Assembly: GCA_035353175.1 (NCBI GenBank) | Contig: DAOPZC010000009.1 | Location: 27,304 to 91,303 of the forward strand | Length of the DNA stretch: 64,000 bases | Source of the DNA: Kiritimatiellia bacterium | GTDB taxonomy: Bacteria > Verrucomicrobiota > Kiritimatiellia > RFP12 > UBA1067 | Direction: 5' to 3' | Part shown: piece after piece, positions 58,076 through 64,000 of the stretch | Layout of the letters: every line of letters begins with the position of its first letter | Position numbering within the stretch: position 1 is the stretch's first letter | The notes under the pieces: generated by a model | The model's database searches: none | Told to the model about the DNA's origin: nothing | Seen by the model: only the letters and a program-made list of their open reading frames with translations | Program-made: the position numbers and the translations under genes

Positions 58076-59560
58076 TTACTTTTCCGCCAGATACGCGTTG
58101 ATGGACGCGGCGGCGCGGCGGCCCTCGCCCATCGCGAGGATGACGGTGGCGGCGCCGAGCACGATGTCGCCGCCCGCGTAGATGCCGTCGATGGACGTCT
58201 TGCCGTTCTCGTCCACGAGGATGTTCCCGTGTTTGTTGACGTCGAGGCCGGTGGTCGTCTGGCTGATCAGCGGATTGGAGCCGTTGCCGATCGCAACGAT
58301 CACGGTGTCCACGTCCATCAGGAACTCGCTGCCCGTGAGGGGCACCGGACTGCGGCGTCCCGAGGCGTCCGGCTCGCCCAGCTCGTAGCGCAGGCATTCG
58401 ATCTGGGTGACGCAGTCGTTGGCGTCGCCGAGGATGCGCACGGCGTTCTGCAGCAGGTGGAAAAGGACGCCTTCCTCGCGCGCATGGGCGACCTCTTCCA
58501 CGCGGGCCGGCATCTCTTTCTCGGTGCGGCGGTAGATCAGGTGGACCTCTTCCGCGCCGAGCCGCAGCGCCATGCGGGCCGCGTCCATGGCGACGTTGCC
58601 GCCGCCGAGCACGGCGACCTTCTTGGAGTTATAGAGCGGCGTGTGGGCAATGGCGGTGTCGTACGCCTTCATCAGGTTCGCGCGCGTCAGGTATTCGTTG
58701 GCGGAGAAAACGCCCACGAGGTTCTCGCCCGGGATGTTCATGAACTTGGGCAGCCCCGCGCCGGTGCCGACGAACGCCGCGTCGAACCCGTCTTTTTCGA
58801 GCAGGTCTTTGAGCTTGCGCGTGCGGCCGATCACGAAGTTGGTCTCCAGCTTGACGCCCATGGCTTCAAGGTTGTCGATCTCGTTCTGCACGATGGCTTT
58901 GGGCAGGCGGAACTCGGGGATGCCGTAGATCAGGACGCCGCCGGGCTTGTGGAACGCCTCGAACATCGTCACGTCGTGCCCCTCGCGGCGCACGTCGGCG
59001 GCCACGGTGATGCTGGCGGGGCCACTGCCGACGACCGCGACCCGCTTGCCGGTCGCGGGCTTGATCTTGGGGACGGACTGGTGGCCGCTCTCGCGCTGGA
59101 GGTCGGAGACGAAACGCTCGACGCGGCCGATGGCGACGGCCTTGTCCACATCCTTGAGGGCTTTGCCGAGCGTGCAGGGCGCCTGGCACTGCACCTCCTG
59201 CGGGCAGACGCGTCCGCAGACCGCGGGCAGCAGGCTGTTTTCGCGGATGACGGCCACGGCGTCGCCGAAACGGCCCTCGGCGGCGGCCTTGAGAAAATCG
59301 GGGATGCGGATCCGCACGGGACACCCGCTCACGCACGGGGCGTTCTTGCACTGGAGGCAGCGCTTGGCTTCGAGCTGCGCCTGTTCGGCGGTGTAGCCGA
59401 GCGCGACCTCGTTCATGTTGTGGCGCCGCACCTCGGGCGCCTGCGAAGGCATCTCCTGGGCGGGGATGGACATGCGGTCTTTGGGGGTGAGGGCTTTGCC
59501 GTCAAGCTCTGCCAGCTTGGCGGCGGCAGCGTGCTGAAGAGATTCGGGTGTTGCGTGCAT
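58076..59560 (-). CDS. nfnB: GltD-like NAD(P)H oxidoreductase, large subunit of an NfnAB/SudAB-type complex (2x[4Fe-4S] plus FAD/NAD(P) domains)
   Basis: 494 aa. Cys clusters (CLQCKNAPCVSGCP; CGRVCPQEVQCQAPC). Two Rossmann GxGxxG/A motifs (VAVVGSGPAS; VAVLGGGNVAMD). Confidence 0.7.
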   Translation of the reverse strand: MHATPESLQHAAAAKLAELDGKALTPKDRMSIPAQEMPSQAPEVRRHNMNEVALGYTAEQAQLEAKRCLQCKNAPCVSGCPVRIRIPDFLKAAAEGRFGDAVAVIRENSLLPAVCGRVCPQEVQCQAPCTLGKALKDVDKAVAIGRVERFVSDLQRESGHQSVPKIKPATGKRVAVVGSGPASITVAADVRREGHDVTMFEAFHKPGGVLIYGIPEFRLPKAIVQNEIDNLEAMGVKLETNFVIGRTRKLKDLLEKDGFDAAFVGTGAGLPKFMNIPGENLVGVFSANEYLTRANLMKAYDTAIAHTPLYNSKKVAVLGGGNVAMDAARMALRLGAEEVHLIYRRTEKEMPARVEEVAHAREEGVLFHLLQNAVRILGDANDCVTQIECLRYELGEPDASGRRSPVPLTGSEFLMDVDTVIVAIGNGSNPLISQTTTGLDVNKHGNILVDENGKTSIDGIYAGGDIVLGAATVILAMGEGRRAAASINAYLAEK

Positions 59561-59638
59561 GGGTAAGGTTCAGGGTTGGAGGTTTGGGGTGGTGGGGTGC
59601 GCCTTCCCGCGGCGGCTTAGGGGCGGCCGTCCTGCCGG

Positions 59639-60499
59639 TCAGGTGTGCGAAAGCGCGTTGGCCGCCGCATCGAGTTTGCAGTGGTGGTCTTTGTGATCCG
59701 CGTCTTCGCGCGGCTTGTAGGCGCGCAGGCGCTTCATCATGTTGTCGAAGTCCACCAGGTGGCCGTCGAACTCGGGGCCGTCCACGCAGACGAACTTGGT
59801 CTTGCCGCCGACCGTGACGCGGCAGCCGCCGCACATGCCCGTGCCATCGATCATGATCGTGTTGAGCGAGACGACGGTGTGCACGCCGTAGGGGCGGGTC
59901 GCCTCCGCGCAGAACTTCATCATGATGGGCGGTCCGGCGACCACGGCCATGTCGGGTTTGGGCGTCCGCCCGCACACCTCTTTCAGGGGCTCGGTCACGA
60001 GCGCTTTTCGTCCGCAGGAGCCGTCGTCCGTGACGATGATCAGCTCGTCGGCGATCTTGCGCATCTCTTCCTCCATGATGAGGAGCGAGCGGTTGCGCGC
60101 GCCCATGATGAGGGTCACCTTGTTGCCGGCGGCCTTCATGGCTTGGGCGATCGGGTGGAGCGGCGCGACGCCGATGCCGCCGCCCACGCAGACCACGTGG
60201 CCGACGTTCTCGATGTGGGTCGGCTGTCCGAGCGGCCCGAGCAGGGCGGCGATGGTGTCCCCGACATTTTTTTCCGCCAGCAGGTGCGTGGTTTTGCCGA
60301 CCGTCTGGAAAATCAGGTCGATCGTGCCCTTGTCCGGGTCCGCGTCGGCGATCGTGAGGGGGATGCGCTCGCCGACGGACGTGTCGATCTGCAGGATGAT
60401 GAATTGGCCGGGTTTGCGCTCGCGGGCGATGAGCGGGGCCTCGATCTCCATCCGGAAAACCTCAGCCGAGAGTTGTGTCTTTTTTACGATTTTATTCAT
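59639..60499 (-). CDS. nfnA: Ferredoxin-NADP reductase-like small subunit (SudB/NfnA/PyrK-like; FAD plus [2Fe-2S])
   Basis: Start taken at MNKIVKK. FNR-like FAD-binding barrel (RKPGQFIILQ), NAD-binding VCVGGGIGVAPL. C-terminal Cys motif CGGCRV...C. Confidence 0.7.
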   Translation of the reverse strand: MNKIVKKTQLSAEVFRMEIEAPLIARERKPGQFIILQIDTSVGERIPLTIADADPDKGTIDLIFQTVGKTTHLLAEKNVGDTIAALLGPLGQPTHIENVGHVVCVGGGIGVAPLHPIAQAMKAAGNKVTLIMGARNRSLLIMEEEMRKIADELIIVTDDGSCGRKALVTEPLKEVCGRTPKPDMAVVAGPPIMMKFCAEATRPYGVHTVVSLNTIMIDGTGMCGGCRVTVGGKTKFVCVDGPEFDGHLVDFDNMMKRLRAYKPREDADHKDHHCKLDAAANALSHT

Positions 60500-60606
60500 G
60501 GTCGTTGTCGCTTTGTCAATGGCGGATGAAAAACAATAACACGTTTGCCGCAGCCCCGCAAGACGCTGCGACAGACGGCGCAAGGGCCGAGTTCCGGTCG
60601 CCGGCC

Positions 60607-61446
60607 TTACAGCATGTCACGGATCTGGTTGGCCTCGCGGATGAGGGCTTCGAGCTTGTCGGGATCGTTATCCGCGATGCATTGCCGGAATGTTTGCAGC
60701 CGTTCCGAGAAGGCGTCGATCGCCGTGAGGATGTGTTCGCGGTTCTGCCTGAAGATCGGCACCCACATCTCGGGCGCGCTTTTGGCCAAGCGCACGGTGG
60801 AGGCGAAACCGCCGCCCGCCAGGCGCGGCACGGCATACCCCGCCTTCTCCTCGCTTTGGACGGCCAGCGAGAGCGCGTAGGCCGCCACGTGCGAGAGGTG
60901 CGAGACGTAGGCCGCGTGGCGGTCGTGCTGCTCGGAGCTCATGAACTCAAACTTGAGCCCCACGGCGTGGAAGATTTCCAGCGCGGTCTTGCAGGCGTCC
61001 GGCGCACTCCATTCGAGGTCGCACAGCAGGACGGTTTTGTCTTTGAAGAGCCCTTCGAGCGCGGCGTCGGGGCCGGCGTTTTCGGTGCCGGCCATGGGGT
61101 GTGCCGCCACGTAGCGCTCGCGGTTCGGATGCTGCCGCACGGCCTCGGCGATCTGGAACTTGGTGGAGCCCATGTCGATCACGGTCTGCGTCGGGCGCAC
61201 GCCGTCGAGCAGGTGCGGCAGGAGCGCCGCGATGGCGTTGACCGGAATGGCCAGCAGGAGCGCCTCGCTCTGCTGCAGCGCCTCTTCGGGGGAGACGATG
61301 CGATCGACGAGCCCGAGCTGCAGGGCGCGGGCGGCGTGTTCCCGCGAGGACTCTACGCCGAGCAGCTCCGAGGCGAGCCCCGCTTTGCGCAGGTCTTTCG
61401 CGAAGGAGCCGCCGATGAGGCCGAGGCCGATGATGCAGAGTTTCAT
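60607..61446 (-). CDS. tyrA: Prephenate/arogenate dehydrogenase (TyrA)
   Basis: Start taken at MKLCIIGLGLIGGSFAKDL (Rossmann motif). Conserved HPMAGTE motif. Confidence 0.8.
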   Translation of the reverse strand: MKLCIIGLGLIGGSFAKDLRKAGLASELLGVESSREHAARALQLGLVDRIVSPEEALQQSEALLLAIPVNAIAALLPHLLDGVRPTQTVIDMGSTKFQIAEAVRQHPNRERYVAAHPMAGTENAGPDAALEGLFKDKTVLLCDLEWSAPDACKTALEIFHAVGLKFEFMSSEQHDRHAAYVSHLSHVAAYALSLAVQSEEKAGYAVPRLAGGGFASTVRLAKSAPEMWVPIFRQNREHILTAIDAFSERLQTFRQCIADNDPDKLEALIREANQIRDML

Positions 61447-62285
61447 GAGGGGGCTTGGGGTTCGAGGTTGGGGAGGTTCAAAAGACGGGCGGCGTTGTCC
61501 CAGAGGATCTGCCGCAGCTCGGTTGGTGTGAACGGCTGGGCGAGAAAGGCGCCGAGCACCTGGGCGGGCACCTGCCACGGCGCGTCGGAACCGAAAACGA
61601 TCTTGTCCGCGCCGTGGCGGCGGACCATGCGGAGGAGCTGCTCCTCGGGCATCCAGAAAAACGTGTGCGAGAGGTCCAGATAGAGGTTCTTGCCGATCAG
61701 CACCGCCTCCGACTCGTCCCACATCTGGAAGCCGCCGAGGTGCGCGGCCACCACCGCGAGCCGCGGGTAGCGCGCGAGCAGCGCGGCGATCGCCGAGGGC
61801 GTGGTGTGGAAGGGGGGCGTGAAGACGCGTTCGCCGCCCGCGTGCAGAAAGACGAAGAGGCCCAGGTCGGAACAGGTCTCCCAGACCGGTGTGACGCGCG
61901 GATCGTCCAGCGTGAAGGTCTGGTACTCGGGGTGCAGCTTGACGCCGCGGAAGCCGGCGGCCCGCGCCGCCGCCAGCACGCCGGGAATGTCGGACGTGTC
62001 GGGGTGGACCGTGGCGAGGCTGAAAACCGGGCCGCAGTTGTTGGCGGCGGCCCAGGCGTTGATCGAGTCGACCTGGGCCGGTTTTGTCGCGACCGGCAGG
62101 TTGAGCGCGCCGCGGATGCCGGACGCCTGGAGGTCGGCGATCATGCCGCCGACCGTTCCGTCGAAGGCGGGCGGATTGCCGAAACGTTGGGCGAGAGATC
62201 CGACCGCCTTGCCCGCCAGCTGGTCGGGATAAAGGTGGACGTGGAAATCAAAAACTGGGCAAGGTGCTTGCATAGAAGCCGACAT
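61443..62285 (-). CDS. Amidohydrolase-2 family (TIM-barrel metal-dependent hydrolase)
   Basis: Start taken at MSASMQAPCPVFDFHVHLY (HxH metal motif). Ends ...GSDAPW (conserved Asp). Confidence 0.65.
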   Translation of the reverse strand: MSASMQAPCPVFDFHVHLYPDQLAGKAVGSLAQRFGNPPAFDGTVGGMIADLQASGIRGALNLPVATKPAQVDSINAWAAANNCGPVFSLATVHPDTSDIPGVLAAARAAGFRGVKLHPEYQTFTLDDPRVTPVWETCSDLGLFVFLHAGGERVFTPPFHTTPSAIAALLARYPRLAVVAAHLGGFQMWDESEAVLIGKNLYLDLSHTFFWMPEEQLLRMVRRHGADKIVFGSDAPWQVPAQVLGAFLAQPFTPTELRQILWDNAARLLNLPNLEPQAPS

Positions 62286-62322
62286 AGTGTAGACGGGACC
62301 CCCGGTCTGCGCAAGCGAAAGC

Positions 62323-63771
62323 TCACTGCGCGCGTCCGCGCGCTGGACGGCCGGGGCGGCCCGCCTCACCACTCGGCGGTTCACCGAAGAATTCGCGGCG
62401 GTGTTGCGCCGCGAGCGCTTGGAGACGGGCCGCCACATCGGGGTGGCGGTCGAGCACGCTGGCGGTCTCGCGGGGGTCCGCCGCCATGTCGAAAAGGGAG
62501 AGCCCGATCTCTTTTTTCTCATATGTTCCGGGCCGTCCGTCGTGTCCGGCTTTGACCAGCGAGCGGTAGGCGTGCGGCAGGTGGAGTTTCCAGCGACCGT
62601 CGCCGCTGAAAAGGCCTTCGAACGTTTTGCCCGTGGTGAAGGCATAGTAGTCGTGCGGGTTTGCCGCGCCGGGCCGGCCGGCGATGAGATCCCAGACATC
62701 AAGGCCGTCGACCGGCGTCTGCGGCAGCGGCGCGCCGGCCAGGCGCGCGAACGTCGGCAGCAGGTCGATGGTGCAGAGCATCGCGTCCGAGACAATTCCC
62801 GGCCGGATGCGCCCCGGCAGCTTCATGACGCAGGCGCTGCGCGTGCCGCCGTCGAAGCCCGTGCCCTTGGCGTCGCGGTAAGGCGTCGCGCCCGCGTGGT
62901 TGCCGTAGGAGGACCAGGGACCGTTGTCCGAGGTGAAGACCACGAGGGTGTTGTCTTCGACGCCCGTTTCCCGCAGGGCGCGCATGATCTCGCCGACCGA
63001 CCAGTCGATCTCCAGCATGACGTCGCCGTAGAGCCCCGCGCCGGATTTGCCCTTGAAGCGTTCGCCGACGGCGAGCGGCACGTGCGGCATGCTGTGGGGC
63101 ACGTAGAGGAAGAAGGGCTGGTCTTTTTTGCGCCGGATGAAATCGACGGCGTGCTCGGTGTACCACTGGGTCAGGCGGGTCTGGTCCTCGGGGGTCACGT
63201 CGTCGATGACGACCTTGCCGTTCTCCCAGAACTGGAGCGGGAAGGCGTCGAAGTGGCGCGACTCGGGATGGTGGCGCCACATGTCGTTGGAAACCATCAG
63301 GCCGCAAGACTCGTCGAAGCCGCGCGCCGGGGGACGCGTGTCGGGCTGGTCGCCGATGTGCCACTTGCCGAAGACGGCGGTGGCGTAGCCTTGCGGCTTG
63401 AGCACCTGCGCGATCGTCGGCCATTTCGGGTCCATGCCGCGGGCGCGCGGTCCGTGGGCGCCGACGAGCCCGGTGCGCTCGGGATAGCAGCCCGTGAGCA
63501 GGGCGCCGCGCGAGGCGGAGCAGATGGCCTGGGGCACGTGGAAATTGGAGAAGCGGCAGCCGCCGGCGGCGAGCTGCCGCACGTTCGGCGTGTCGTAGGC
63601 GGGCGCGCCGAAGGGCCGGAAGTCCGCGAAGCCGGAGTCGTCGAGAAAGATCACCACGATGTTCGGCGGGCGGTCCGCATGCCCCGGCAAGGTGCAGGAG
63701 GCGGTCAGCCCGGCCGCTGCGCTCAGCCCTGCGGCTTTCAGGAAATCGCGGCGGGAGGAAGAGGTGCGCAT
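62323..63771 (-). CDS. Sulfatase (arylsulfatase family, Cys-type formylglycine) with Tat signal
   Basis: Tat motif SRRDFLKAAGLSAAAG. Sulfatase signature CSASRGALLTGCYP (C-x-A-x-R). GKWH motif. Confidence 0.85.
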   Translation of the reverse strand: MRTSSSRRDFLKAAGLSAAAGLTASCTLPGHADRPPNIVVIFLDDSGFADFRPFGAPAYDTPNVRQLAAGGCRFSNFHVPQAICSASRGALLTGCYPERTGLVGAHGPRARGMDPKWPTIAQVLKPQGYATAVFGKWHIGDQPDTRPPARGFDESCGLMVSNDMWRHHPESRHFDAFPLQFWENGKVVIDDVTPEDQTRLTQWYTEHAVDFIRRKKDQPFFLYVPHSMPHVPLAVGERFKGKSGAGLYGDVMLEIDWSVGEIMRALRETGVEDNTLVVFTSDNGPWSSYGNHAGATPYRDAKGTGFDGGTRSACVMKLPGRIRPGIVSDAMLCTIDLLPTFARLAGAPLPQTPVDGLDVWDLIAGRPGAANPHDYYAFTTGKTFEGLFSGDGRWKLHLPHAYRSLVKAGHDGRPGTYEKKEIGLSLFDMAADPRETASVLDRHPDVAARLQALAAQHRREFFGEPPSGEAGRPGRPARGRAQ

Positions 63772-63796
63772 GGTTCGTCCTTTCGCGTGGGGTGCG

Positions 63797-64000
63797 TTAC
63801 TCAAACTGGGACTTGAACGTTTGGAAAAGCGTCTTGAGGGTGGCCACCTCGGCCTCCAGCGCGGCCACGCGCGTTTCGAGTTCCGCCGCGCGCGCGGCTT
63901 CGCCCATGACGGCCCGTACGGCGTCGGGCGGGGGCAGCTCGGCCGGGGCGGCCTCGGCGGCGGGGGGCAGGTCGCCCAGCAGGTGGGCCACGCGCGACTC
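63797..64000 (-). CDS. Partial gene (C-terminal coiled-coil fragment); the start lies beyond the window
   Basis: ORF runs to the window edge. Only about 64 C-terminal aa are visible (ELETRVAALEAEVATLKTLFQTFKSQFE). Confidence 0.35.
   Translation of the reverse strand, partial: ESRVAHLLGDLPPAAEAAPAELPPPDAVRAVMGEAARAAELETRVAALEAEVATLKTLFQTFKSQFE

Overview
This window is high-GC (about 65-68%) and densely coding. It resembles a chromosomal region of a Gram-negative PVC-group bacterium (Verrucomicrobiota, Kiritimatiellota or Lentisphaerota-like); that placement is an inference from gene content and is uncertain. I found no rRNA or tRNA genes, no CRISPR array and no transposase or integrase.

Gene content, in order:
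- A Ton-like motor cluster, exbB-exbD-exbD, followed in the position normally held by TonB by a membrane-anchored 592-aa protein with prenyltransferase/squalene-cyclase-like alpha/alpha-toroid repeats. A LolF/LolD-type lipoprotein-release ABC transporter follows on the same strand.
- A second, canonical exbB-exbD-tonB operon on the opposite strand.
- Cell-envelope sugar genes: kpsF/kdsD, a GT4 glycosyltransferase, and a bifunctional fucokinase/fucose-1-phosphate guanylyltransferase (Fkp) that carries in-frame microsatellite insertions.
- Two giant secreted proteins. One is 2253 aa (LamG, two PA14 domains, beta-helix repeats, legume-lectin-like domain). The other is 3467 aa (tandem roughly 300-aa modules, thrombospondin-type-3-like Ca-binding repeats, LamG).
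- The 3467-aa protein sits in a cluster with an FHA-sigma54 activator, a small lipoprotein and a 1534-aa M4 (thermolysin-like) metalloprotease with three MAM-like domains. The giant protein and the protease share a related C-terminal domain.
- Housekeeping genes: MATE efflux, YihY, NapH-like polyferredoxin, Tat-secreted Gfo/Idh/MocA oxidoreductase, URO-D-like protein, M24 peptidase, cysE, metX-metW fusion, fetAB-like ABC exporter, secreted PHP-domain protein, PpiD-like chaperone, nfeD-SPFH pair, hemolysin-III, NfnAB/SudAB-like oxidoreductase pair, tyrA, amidohydrolase, and a Tat/Cys-type sulfatase.

Other notable features are a low-GC 1-kb island holding frameshifted ORFs, an 80-bp palindrome centred on GTTAAC, and one clean intrinsic terminator.

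The best candidate for a new system is the ExbB-ExbD2-toroid-repeat protein module coupled to LolFD. A TonB-like energy transducer appears to have been replaced by a different periplasmic domain. Together with the giant surface proteins that share a C-terminal domain, this may point to a surface-protein or lipoprotein export route.
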